Assembly: GCA_946555455.1 (NCBI GenBank)
Contig: CAMNSU010000005.1
Span: 2,436-66,435, forward strand
DNA from: an uncultured Clostridia bacterium
GTDB taxonomy: Bacteria; Bacillota; Clostridia; RUG12999
DNA length: 64,000 nt
Direction: 5' to 3'
The notes under the pieces were generated by a model. That model searched no databases. It was not told the DNA's origin and was given only the letters and a program-made list of their open reading frames with translations. Both the position numbers and the translations under genes were made by a program. This document shows, one piece after another, positions 27,759 through 35,978 of the stretch (positions within the stretch are counted from its first letter, which is position 1; the number at the start of each line of letters is the position of its first letter).

Positions 27759-28964
27759 GCATTCTACAATGCTCTCTGTATAAATTCCCTCTTGACTGTG
27801 CAAAGATACATTCCAGCCGAAACGATCCGCGATTTCTTTCACAATCGAAAGTCCTAATCCCACGCCGCCGAGTTTTTTGGAGCGAGATACGTCAACGCAG
27901 TAAAACGCATCCCAGATATTTTTGAGTTCCGGTTCGGGAATACCTATTCCGCTGTCCCTGATACTCACCTTGCACCCCTCAGCTGTCTTGAACGCCGCTA
28001 TCGTGATACGCCCGTTTTGCTTGTTATACTTAAAAGCGTTTTCAATCAAATTGCAAAACAGGCGGCGCACCAGCGTCTCGGGTTGCAAAACAAAAATGTC
28101 GTCTTCCAAACGATACGCTATTTCTATTTCTTTCTCTGCATATTTGAGCAACAAATCCTCTGTAATTTCGGTAAGCACAGCATTGATTGACACTTTCTCA
28201 CAAGGCAGATTTGTTCTGCTTGTCAGCGTGAGCAAATCTGCCGCAATATCGGCAAGCCGGTTTACATTACGCTTCACAACTGTAAATATTTCTTTGTAGT
28301 CGTCAACTGTGATGTTGTCGTCAAGTTCCACTACCTGCATTCCTGTTTTCATAACTGCAATGGGTGTTTTTAGTTCGTGCGCGGCATTTGCAGAAAAACG
28401 TTTTTGATTTTCAAATGCGTCGTTTAACCGGTCAAGCATTGCATTGAACGAATCCGTAAGACTGCTGATTTCATCATTTGTATTGCGGGCAGGTAAACGC
28501 GTATTCAAATCATTTTCCGTTATGTTTGCCACGGTTTCGTCAAGTTCTTTTATCGGTTTGAGCGACTTACCCGCGAGAATATACGCAAAAAGCATTCCAA
28601 GCGCACCGATAACAACCATCGCAATGATACTCGTTATATTAAAGCGGCGGGTTGCCGTTGCCGTTTGCGCCGTCGTTATCGTATAGCGCTCTGCATAATC
28701 TGCAAACGGTTCGGCATTCTTTACAGTGGCAGATGATATATCGGCAGACGGCATGGTTTCGTCTTGCGTATCAGGGGTGCCAATACTGTAGTTTACGTTA
28801 TTTTGCACCTCTTCTGCACCTATGACGGGCGTCTCTGTAGTTATTATCAGATTTATCTGTTCGCGTGCATTATACATGGAAATCATCGTAAGAGATACTG
28901 CGGTAATTGCCACAATGATTCCTGTAAATATTGTAATGCGCATTTTAAAGGAAAGCTTTTTCAT
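27750..28964 (-). CDS. Sensor histidine kinase (two TM helices, small extracytoplasmic loop, HisKA plus HATPase_c)
   Basis: The H-box is NAAHELKTPIAVM. The ATP-lid/G-boxes are RDSGIGIPEPEL..GGVGLGLSIVKEIADRFGW. The stop overlaps the RR gene by 4 nt. Confidence 0.9.
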   Translation of the reverse strand: MKKLSFKMRITIFTGIIVAITAVSLTMISMYNAREQINLIITTETPVIGAEEVQNNVNYSIGTPDTQDETMPSADISSATVKNAEPFADYAERYTITTAQTATATRRFNITSIIAMVVIGALGMLFAYILAGKSLKPIKELDETVANITENDLNTRLPARNTNDEISSLTDSFNAMLDRLNDAFENQKRFSANAAHELKTPIAVMKTGMQVVELDDNITVDDYKEIFTVVKRNVNRLADIAADLLTLTSRTNLPCEKVSINAVLTEITEDLLLKYAEKEIEIAYRLEDDIFVLQPETLVRRLFCNLIENAFKYNKQNGRITIAAFKTAEGCKVSIRDSGIGIPEPELKNIWDAFYCVDVSRSKKLGGVGLGLSIVKEIADRFGWNVSLHSQEGIYTESIVECKK

Positions 28965-29626
28965 TGATTCTCCTCCGATAAAATATATCCTTGACCCCGA
29001 ACATTTTTAATATAGGTTGTGTCCAGTTTCTTTTTCAGCGAATATATATGATATTTTAGTGAATTGGAAAATAAATCCACTTCGCTGTCCCAGACGTGTT
29101 CCATCAGCGTTTCAGCGCTTACAATGCTATTCTTATGCCGAAACAGATATTCCAGTATGGAATATTCTTTTTTGGTAAGCGGAACGATATTTCCGGATAC
29201 CGCCACTTCTTTTGACAGCAAATTGATTTTAATATTGCCGCAGTCCAAAACCGACGGGGACTGCGAAAAATCAATCCGTAAAAGCGCGTTTATCCGTGCA
29301 TCAAGTTCCAGAAAATCAAACGGCTTTACCATATAATCATTGGCGCCGAGATTGAGACCCTCCACCCGTTCCGCAATGCTCCCGCGGGCGGAAAGAATCA
29401 ATATCTTCGTATGGGTATCGCTAAGCCGTATTTGTTTTAACACTGCAAGACCGTCAACAACAGGAATGTTGAGGTCAAGAATGATTAAATCGTATTCGTT
29501 TACCTCATACATATATAAGGCTTCCTCGCCGTCATATGCCGCATCAACCGCATACCCCCGTTTATGCAGTCCCGTTTGCAGCATTGCCGATAAATCTTCT
29601 TCATCTTCAATCAAAAGCAATTTCAT
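28961..29626 (-). CDS. OmpR/PhoB-family response regulator
   Basis: Track ORF 28961..29674. The ATG at 29626 (MKLLLIEDEEDL..) has a GGAG RBS 8 nt upstream. The receiver signature is DLIILDLNIPVVDG, and the C-terminal winged helix ends ..YIKNVRGQGYIL. Confidence 0.9.
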   Translation of the reverse strand: MKLLLIEDEEDLSAMLQTGLHKRGYAVDAAYDGEEALYMYEVNEYDLIILDLNIPVVDGLAVLKQIRLSDTHTKILILSARGSIAERVEGLNLGANDYMVKPFDFLELDARINALLRIDFSQSPSVLDCGNIKINLLSKEVAVSGNIVPLTKKEYSILEYLFRHKNSIVSAETLMEHVWDSEVDLFSNSLKYHIYSLKKKLDTTYIKNVRGQGYILSEENQ

Positions 29627-29644
29627 CGTTTTTCTCCGTTTGTT

Positions 29645-29674
29645 ATGGGTATAGGCATAAATGCCTATACCCAT
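29645..29674. promoter_or_regulatory. Perfect 30-bp palindrome (14-bp arms, AA centre) in the spacer between the small secreted-protein gene and the RR gene
   Basis: The sequence is ATGGGTATAGGCAT-AA-ATGCCTATACCCAT. On the minus-strand mRNA no U-run follows it, so it is not an intrinsic terminator. It is a candidate operator or an mRNA processing/stability hairpin. Confidence 0.6.
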
Positions 29675-29686
29675 TTTTTATAAACC

Positions 29687-30178
29687 CTACAAAGACTTTT
29701 CCTTTTGCGTTTCAATTTCCAGTTCTATCCATGTGGCACCGTTATCCGAACTTGCCAGCGTTTTGCCGTTTTCCGTTTTAATGATATACGCAATATATTC
29801 GTCCTGCGCATTGTCCTCTCCGCTGTAGACGATATCGGTATCTTTTGCAGCAGTTCCCTCAACCGTTACGTAATATACATCAGTTTCACTTTGCTCCTGC
29901 GTCTCGGCTGCGCCGCTACTCGTTACATATTTTGTCGTTACGGCATTGTCCCCATCATCTGCTACCGTGAAAGTTACAATGTCATTTCCGCCGTCTTTGG
30001 CGCGTATTACAAAATTTTTCGCTACATTCAGCACGTAAGTGAAAATACTTTCCGCACCTATTTTTGTTTCAATAGGCTGCGCAGCAGGGGTCTCTGGCTT
30101 CGCCGCCGACACGGCGCCCATGCTTACCGCGATAGCTGCGGCGGTAAGTGTTGTGATTACTTTCTTTGTCTTTTTCAT
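29687..30178 (-). CDS. Small secreted acidic protein (163 aa) of unknown function, first gene of the RR/HK operon
   Basis: Full ORF with signal peptide MKKTKKVITTLTAAAIAVSMGAVSAA and a GGAGG RBS. No recognisable domain. Confidence 0.65.
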   Translation of the reverse strand: MKKTKKVITTLTAAAIAVSMGAVSAAKPETPAAQPIETKIGAESIFTYVLNVAKNFVIRAKDGGNDIVTFTVADDGDNAVTTKYVTSSGAAETQEQSETDVYYVTVEGTAAKDTDIVYSGEDNAQDEYIAYIIKTENGKTLASSDNGATWIELEIETQKEKSL

Positions 30179-30203
30179 TCTTTTATCCTCCTGTCATTTG
30201 ATT

Positions 30204-30219
30204 CAGAATTGCAATTCTG
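30204..30219. promoter_or_regulatory. Perfect 16-bp palindrome ~25 nt upstream of the small secreted-protein gene start
   Basis: CAGAATTGCAATTCTG lies between the gltX terminator and the RBS of the 29687..30178 gene. It is a candidate operator. Confidence 0.45.
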
Positions 30220-30285
30220 TTACAATGATAGCATATAAAAGGTTAGATGTCGGTTAGTTTTTTCGCAAATATAACTTATCTGCAC

Positions 30286-30330
30286 AAAAAAGTTCCGCAA
30301 GACTGTCTCTCCTCTTGCGGAACTTTGGTT
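30286..30330 (-). terminator. gltX rho-independent terminator (bidirectional architecture)
   Basis: AAAAAAGTTCCGCAAGA-ctgtctctcc-TCTTGCGGAACTTT forms an 11-bp stem. The minus strand reads stem then TTTTTTGTG. The + strand side has TTTGGTTCTTTATTTAT. Confidence 0.8.
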
Positions 30331-30409
30331 CTTTATTTATCGCCGACTCCTGCGCGGCGTCTCTTTTATGCTGCAATATGCCCTGCAAATCTGTCCCGCA
30401 GAAAACAAG

Positions 30410-31870
30410 TTATCCCAGTTCCGCTTCCAGTTTTGCAATGGCGGCTTTCACACGCCCGATACTTTCCTCTTTGCCCAGCACGTCGCACAGCTCAATACCG
30501 CCGCCCGGCGTGAACGCTTTTCCGCTCAGCGCCACACGCAGCGGCCACAGCAGCAGTCCGTTCTTCACGCCCAACTCCTGAATCTTCGCAAACACTGCGT
30601 CATGCACATTTTCCATTGTCCAGTCGCCGACCGCTTCCAGCACCGGCAGCACCTGCTTCAAACTGTCCAGTGAATTTTCCGGATTGGTTTTCATCTTCTT
30701 GTGCGTATAGAGGTCGCTTTCATAGTCCGGCACACTGTCCACAAAATCAACCTGTCCCGGAATGTCGGACAGCAATTCCACACGCGTGTGCAGCAGACGC
30801 GTCAGTTTCATCAAATCCACATCTCTGGTAATGACTTGCTTGTAGTAGGGCAGCGCCAGCGCGTGGAAATCTTCCTCACTCATGCGGCGGATATATTCCC
30901 CATTCATCCAGTTCAGTTTCTGCGTGTCAAAGATTGCCGGCGATTTACTGATACCGGACGGGTCAAATGCTTCAATCAAGCCTTGCATATCAAAAATTTC
31001 GTTTTCGCCGCCGGGACTCCAGCCCAGCAGCGCGATATAGTTCAGCACCGCTTCTTTCAGATATCCTTTTGCAATAATGTCCTCATAGGACGCGTCGCCG
31101 TTTCGTTTGGAAAGTTTGGTATGCGCGTCCTTCATCACGGGCGGACAGTGCACATAGATTGGTTTCTCCCAGCCAAACGATTCATAGAGCAAATTATATT
31201 TCGGCGTGGAGGACAGATACTCGCTGCCGCGGATAACATGGGTAATGCCCATTAAATGGTCGTCAATGACGTTGGCAAAGTTATACGTCGGCAGTCCGTC
31301 GGATTTGAGCAAAACATTATCGTCCAACGTGCTGTTGTCTACCTTAATGGTGCCGAAAATCACATCGTCAAAAGACGTGGTGCCTGTTGTCGGCATTTTC
31401 TGACGAATGACATAGGGAATGCCTGCCGCTTTCTTTTCCTCAATTTCTTCTTTGGACAGATTCCGGCAATAGCCGTCATATTTGGTGGGCATTTTGGACG
31501 CTTCCTGCACGGCGCGCAAATTGTCCAGCCGCTCTTTATCGCAGAAACAATAATAAGCGCCGCCAAGGTCCACCAATTTTTCCGCATATTCTTGATAGAT
31601 ACCGCGCCGCTCGCTCTGGATATAAGGACCATAGTCGCCGCCAAGGTCGGGACCTTCGTCGTGAACCAGTCCCGTTTCCGCCAGCGTACGGTAAATCAAA
31701 TCCACCGCGCCTTCCACATAGCGTTCTTGGTCGGTATCCTCAATACGCAGGATAAAATCGCCGCCATGTTTTTTCGCAATCAAATACGCATAGAGCGCTG
31801 TGCGCAAATTCCCAATATGCATATATCCCGTCGGACTGGGGGCAAATCTTGTTCTTACTCGTTTTTCCAT
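30410..31870 (-). CDS. gltX: Glutamate--tRNA ligase
   Basis: Class I HIGH motif [23 protein letters not shown]-type motif TKLSKRNGD, 486 aa. Confidence 0.95.
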   Translation of the reverse strand: MEKRVRTRFAPSPTGYMHIGNLRTALYAYLIAKKHGGDFILRIEDTDQERYVEGAVDLIYRTLAETGLVHDEGPDLGGDYGPYIQSERRGIYQEYAEKLVDLGGAYYCFCDKERLDNLRAVQEASKMPTKYDGYCRNLSKEEIEEKKAAGIPYVIRQKMPTTGTTSFDDVIFGTIKVDNSTLDDNVLLKSDGLPTYNFANVIDDHLMGITHVIRGSEYLSSTPKYNLLYESFGWEKPIYVHCPPVMKDAHTKLSKRNGDASYEDIIAKGYLKEAVLNYIALLGWSPGGENEIFDMQGLIEAFDPSGISKSPAIFDTQKLNWMNGEYIRRMSEEDFHALALPYYKQVITRDVDLMKLTRLLHTRVELLSDIPGQVDFVDSVPDYESDLYTHKKMKTNPENSLDSLKQVLPVLEAVGDWTMENVHDAVFAKIQELGVKNGLLLWPLRVALSGKAFTPGGGIELCDVLGKEESIGRVKAAIAKLEAELG

Positions 31871-31924
31871 TGTGTCAAAACCTCTTTCATGTGGGACTGG
31901 TTTTGTCCCATTCTTCTTCCTTCT

Positions 31925-31954
31925 ATTATATCTGCCCTATGCGACCTCTGTCAA
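31925..31954 (-). promoter_or_regulatory. Sigma-A-type promoter of gltX
   Basis: On the minus strand, TTGACA (+ coordinates 31949-31954), an 18-nt spacer, then TATAAT (31925-31930), about 55 nt upstream of the ATG. The short leader has a small hairpin and no T-box features. Confidence 0.7.
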
Positions 31955-32048
31955 TACCTTTTTTGCAGCAAATGCATAAATTTCAAATTTTTCTCATCAG
32001 AAACGCTGCCTACTACCATTTTCCTCTGCACGAAATCTACTGCTGAAA

Positions 32049-32100
32049 CAAAAAAACTCCCGAAATAGGAGCTTGCGGAAAGCCCTTTCAGGAGTTTTTT
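32049..32100 (-). terminator. Putative murA terminator
   Basis: AAAAAAACTCCcGAAA...TTTCaGGAGTTTTTT forms a ~10-bp stem with one mismatch and a long loop, flanked by A7 and T6. Confidence 0.5.
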
Positions 32101-32143
32101 GCAATATTTTTTAAGAATACGTTCTTTTGTTCTCCTTCCTGTT

Positions 32144-33397
32144 TTATTCCACTTTTTTGATATCCGCGCCAAGCAGGCTCAAATTTTGCTCCAATTTTTC
32201 ATAGCCGCGTTCCATGTGTCCGATTTCCTCAATTTCCGAAACACCCTGCGCCCCCAATGCCGCCAGCACCAACCCTGCGCCGCCGCGCAAATCCGGCGCT
32301 GTGACGTTTGCGCCCTGCAATGTTTTTGTGCCGCGCACCACTGCCACGCGTTCGTTCACGGAAATATCCGCACCCATTTTCACAAACTCGCCCGCCACGC
32401 GGAACCGGTTTTCAAAAATTTTCTCCTGAATAATGCTGGTGCCTTTGGCATATGCCAGTACCGCCATAAGCTGTGACTGTGCGTCCGTTGGGAATCCAGG
32501 GTATGGCATGGTTTGAATATTGTCGATAGAAAGCGGGCGTTCCCGCATGGTCACGCGCAGGCTTCTGCCGTCCACGTCCACCAGCGCGCCCATTTCTTTT
32601 GCCGCGGAAACAATGCTTTCCATGTGCCCGATATCAACATTGTCCAGTACAACGTCTCCCGTTGTGATAATCGGCGCAAACAGATAAGTCGCCGCTGCAA
32701 TGCGGTCAAACATGACGGTTTTTTCCGTATCGTGAAACGTTTCCACGCCTTCAATCACAATAATACTGCTGCCCGCGCCATGAATTCTCGCACCCATTTG
32801 ATTCAGAAAATCCTGTAAATCTATGATTTCCGGCTCCCGCGCCGCATTGACAATGGTGGTCGTCCCGCGGGACAACGCCGCCACCAGCATGATGTTTTCC
32901 GTCGCGCCTACCGACGGAAAATCCAACTGGATTTTGTTCGGCACAAAGTTTTTGCGCTTACAAATGATATATCCGTGCGTCTCCCGCACATCAATTCCCA
33001 TCTGCCGGAATGCCTTCAAATGCAGATTGATAGGGCGTGCGCCCAGTTCACAGCCGCCCGGATAGCTGCATTTCGCCTTGCCGCAGCGCGCCAAAATCGC
33101 CCCTAAAAAAATAACGGACGAACGCATTTTTTTCATTAACTCCTGCGGTATGTAACAATTAGAAATAACGCCGGCATCAATGGTGACAGCGTTTCCCTCC
33201 CGTTTCACTTTGCATCCCAAAAAACGCAATATTTGAATGGTGATGTCCACGTCCGCAATGTCGGGACAATCCTCAATGGTTACTGTTCCGCAATTCATTA
33301 TACTTGCTGCAAGAATGGGCAGGACTGAATTTTTCGCGCCTTGCATACGAATCCTCCCCTCCAGGGGGTTGCCGCCCGTTACTATGTATCTTGCCAT
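32144..33397 (-). CDS. murA: UDP-N-acetylglucosamine 1-carboxyvinyltransferase
   Basis: The N-terminus reads MARYIVTGGNPLEGRIRMQGAKNSVLPILAASIM. Length (417 aa) and EPSP-synthase-fold motifs fit. Confidence 0.93.
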   Translation of the reverse strand: MARYIVTGGNPLEGRIRMQGAKNSVLPILAASIMNCGTVTIEDCPDIADVDITIQILRFLGCKVKREGNAVTIDAGVISNCYIPQELMKKMRSSVIFLGAILARCGKAKCSYPGGCELGARPINLHLKAFRQMGIDVRETHGYIICKRKNFVPNKIQLDFPSVGATENIMLVAALSRGTTTIVNAAREPEIIDLQDFLNQMGARIHGAGSSIIVIEGVETFHDTEKTVMFDRIAAATYLFAPIITTGDVVLDNVDIGHMESIVSAAKEMGALVDVDGRSLRVTMRERPLSIDNIQTMPYPGFPTDAQSQLMAVLAYAKGTSIIQEKIFENRFRVAGEFVKMGADISVNERVAVVRGTKTLQGANVTAPDLRGGAGLVLAALGAQGVSEIEEIGHMERGYEKLEQNLSLLGADIKKVE

Positions 33398-33540
33398 GCC
33401 TACACCTCCAAAAGATTTTCATGAACCCGCTGCCCATGCGTTTTTGTTCTAATTCATCATATGCAGCAGTGAAAAGAGGTGTTACCTTTGGCATAGGGAC
33501 GCTGCACACTTTTGTATTATTTCATGTCCCTTTCGCTGAT

Positions 33541-33578
33541 ACAAAAAAAGAAATCCGATACATACCGCACCGGATTTC
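33541..33578 (-). terminator. Rho-independent terminator of the aminotransferase-like gene
   Basis: GAAATCCG-atacataccgcac-CGGATTTC. On the minus strand it is followed by TTTTTTTGT. Confidence 0.7.
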
Positions 33579-33595
33579 ATGATTCCTTCTATTTT

Positions 33596-34873
33596 TTATA
33601 ACAATTTTTGGTCTATCATATTCTGGACTGCAACCAATACGCCTGTTTTGCCGCATTCATAGGTTAAACTGCCCTGCATATATGCCACATAGGGCGGTTT
33701 TACCGGTGCGTCTGCGCTGAGTTCCGTGGTCGCGCCCTGTGTAAACGCGCCCGCCGCCATAATCACCTGACAATCATAGCCCGGCATGTCCCACGGTTCC
33801 GGCTGCACGAACGAATCAATCGGCGCGCCCTTTTGAATCCCTTGACAAAACGCTATCAACGCTTCTTTGTTACCAAAACGCACCGCCTGAATGATGTCGC
33901 CGCGCGGACTGTTCCAACTCGGGCAGACGTCATAGCCCAGTTCCTCAAACACGCCGGCGCAAAACACCGCCGCTTTCAGCGCTTCACATGTCACATGCGG
34001 CGCCATAAAAAAACCCTGCAAAATTTCACGGTTAAAGCCAAACGTCGGACCGATTTCTTTTCCTTGCCCAACGCAATTCAGTTTATATGCCGCCAAATCG
34101 ATATAATCCTTTTTGCCTGCAAGATATGCCCCGCCGCGCGCCAAACCGCCGCCGGGATTTTTAATCAGACTGCCCGCCATCAAATCCGCGCCCACTGCCG
34201 TCGGTTCCACCTCTTCCGTGAACTCCCCATAGCAGTTGTCCACAATACAAACCGTCTGCGGATTCGCTTCTTTGACCGCGCGGATAATTTCTCCAATTTG
34301 TGCCACAGACAGCGTTTCCCGCCAATCATAGCCCTTGGAACGCTGAATGAGCGCCGCTTTTACCTCCGGCGTGATTGCCCGGCGGATACCGTCCAAATCC
34401 GGCGTTCCGTCCGGCAGCAGCGGCACTTTGTCATAGGACACGCCGAAATCTTTGAGACTCCCCTGTCCTTCGGCGGAAATGACTCCCGCCAATGTATCAT
34501 AGGGATTGCCTGTCACGGAAACCAATTTATCGCCCGGGCGCAGTACGCCAAACAGGCACAGCGACAATGCATGGGTGCCGGAGACAATGTTCATGCGCAC
34601 CAGCGCGTCCTCTGCACCAAACACATCTGCAAACAGTGCGTCAATCGCTTCCCGCCCCAAATCGTCATATCCATAGCCTGTGGTGCCTAAAAAATGCTGT
34701 TCCCGAATCGCATTTTTCCGAAATCCGTTCAAAACGCGAATCTGGTGAAATTCCCGCGCCGCTTCCAGTTCCCGCAGCCGCGGCGCAATTTTTTCCGTCA
34801 CGCGCCGCTCAATGTCCAGCACGCGCTGAGACAGCCCAAACTCGCGCTTTAGATATTGTCCTACTTCCATCAT
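33596..34873 (-). CDS. PLP-dependent Cys/Met-metabolism-type enzyme (methionine gamma-lyase / aluminium-resistance-protein family)
   Basis: 425 aa. The N-terminal region MMEVGQYLKREFGLSQRVLDIERRVTEKIAPRLRELEAAREFHQIRVLNGF resembles the YnbB/aluminium-resistance family. The stop overlaps the ACT gene region. Confidence 0.55.
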   Translation of the reverse strand: MMEVGQYLKREFGLSQRVLDIERRVTEKIAPRLRELEAAREFHQIRVLNGFRKNAIREQHFLGTTGYGYDDLGREAIDALFADVFGAEDALVRMNIVSGTHALSLCLFGVLRPGDKLVSVTGNPYDTLAGVISAEGQGSLKDFGVSYDKVPLLPDGTPDLDGIRRAITPEVKAALIQRSKGYDWRETLSVAQIGEIIRAVKEANPQTVCIVDNCYGEFTEEVEPTAVGADLMAGSLIKNPGGGLARGGAYLAGKKDYIDLAAYKLNCVGQGKEIGPTFGFNREILQGFFMAPHVTCEALKAAVFCAGVFEELGYDVCPSWNSPRGDIIQAVRFGNKEALIAFCQGIQKGAPIDSFVQPEPWDMPGYDCQVIMAAGAFTQGATTELSADAPVKPPYVAYMQGSLTYECGKTGVLVAVQNMIDQKLL

Positions 34874-35298
34874 AGTCCATACACCGTTTCCGGATCTACC
34901 ACTGTTACATGATTTTGCTGCAGCAACGCCGCCGCCTTTTCTGTATCGTCACATTTGAGCGTAACCAGCGCGCCCTGCTGCTGTTTGCCCAAAAAGGCAT
35001 ACATATATTCAATCGTAATCTCCGCGTCACGAATCATGCGCAGCACATTTGCCAGCGCGCCCGCTTCATCCGGAATTTCAATTGCCAGCACCTCGGTGAT
35101 TTTCATGGTATATTGTTCTTTTTTCAACAAATCCGCCGCTTTCTGCGGGTCGTTCACAATCAAGCGTAAAATCCCATAGTCCGCCGTATCCGCCAGAGAC
35201 ATTGCGCGAATATTAATACCGCCGTTTCCCAGCAGTTCCACAATCCCTGTCAGCCGACCACATTTGTTTTCCACAAAAACGGATAACTGTTTTAACAT
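34870..35298 (-). CDS. Tandem ACT-domain protein associated with IorAB/PaaK
   Basis: The ATG at 35298 (MLKQLSVFVENKCGRL..) has a GGAGG RBS 9 nt upstream. The track ORF extends to 35352 with a 4-nt ATGA overlap onto iorB, so the alternative start cannot be excluded. Two ACT-like halves are visible. Confidence 0.6.
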   Translation of the reverse strand: MLKQLSVFVENKCGRLTGIVELLGNGGINIRAMSLADTADYGILRLIVNDPQKAADLLKKEQYTMKITEVLAIEIPDEAGALANVLRMIRDAEITIEYMYAFLGKQQQGALVTLKCDDTEKAAALLQQNHVTVVDPETVYGL

Positions 35299-35348
35299 GC
35301 CAAACGCCTCCTTTTTATATTTCACAGGATTCTTTTCCTGTTCTGTTC

Positions 35349-35939
35349 TCAATAAGCAGCGGTATATCCTGCTTCAAACGCCGCAAGGTTGAGTTCCAAA
35401 AATTTTGCCGGAACCGTGCTGCGCACAGCTTCCACCCATTTTTCCTTTGCAATGTTGCTGTGTTTTGCCAGCACGCCCAGCAGCACCACATTGACCGCTT
35501 TTGCATTGCCCAATCCTTCCGCAATGGTCAGCGCGTCCACCGCCGTGACGTTAATGTTGCGCATTTCCAATTGCTCCAAAATTTCTTCCGGATATTTCTC
35601 CGCACCGGTAATCACCGGCATGGGGTCAATTTCCTGCGTGTTGACAATCATTTGACCGCCGTCTTTTAAATAGTGCGACCAGCGCAGCGCTTCCAGACTT
35701 TCAAACGCCAGAACAATATCCGCTTCTCCCTCCACCACAATCGGAGAATATACCTTATCGCCATATTTCACATATGTCACAACGCTTCCGCCGCGCTGAC
35801 TCATACCGTGCACTTCCGATACTTTCACATCATATCCTTCCGCTGTGACTGCGTTTCCAATCACGCGGCTCGCCAGCAGCGTTCCTTGTCCGCCGACGCC
35901 TACTATCATAATTTTTGTTACCATCTTTTTCTCTCCCAT
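35349..35939 (-). CDS. iorB: Indolepyruvate ferredoxin oxidoreductase, beta subunit
   Basis: The N-terminus is MVTKIMIVGVGGQGTLLASRVIGNAVTAEGYDVKVSEVHGMSQRGGSVVTYVKYG. It is paired with iorA. Confidence 0.85.
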   Translation of the reverse strand: MGEKKMVTKIMIVGVGGQGTLLASRVIGNAVTAEGYDVKVSEVHGMSQRGGSVVTYVKYGDKVYSPIVVEGEADIVLAFESLEALRWSHYLKDGGQMIVNTQEIDPMPVITGAEKYPEEILEQLEMRNINVTAVDALTIAEGLGNAKAVNVVLLGVLAKHSNIAKEKWVEAVRSTVPAKFLELNLAAFEAGYTAAY

Positions 35940-35978
35940 CCGCCGCCTTTGTTTTCGTGCGGCATGTTCACCCTGCCA

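Noticed and set aside
22720-29674. A2M-like gene being regulated by, or co-transcribed with, the adjacent HK/RR
   Set aside because: The genes are convergent and separated by a shared terminator (27713-27758). There is no evidence of linkage beyond adjacency.
29645-29674. The 30-bp palindrome as an intrinsic terminator
   Set aside because: On the minus-strand transcript it is followed by AACAAACGG rather than a U-tract. The T-run lies on the non-transcribed orientation.
31871-32048. Possible T-box riboswitch leader upstream of gltX
   Set aside because: The leader is only ~55 nt from the TTGACA-18-TATAAT promoter to the ATG. It contains one small hairpin and no T-box (AGGGUGGNACCGCG) or specifier-loop features.
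35298-35352. Longer ACT-protein start at 35352 overlapping iorB
   Set aside because: The extra 18 N-terminal residues (MRTEQEKNPVKYKKEAFG) lack a good RBS context. The ATG at 35298 has GGAGG at -9 and gives the family-typical MLKQLSVFVENK start. The longer form cannot be fully excluded.
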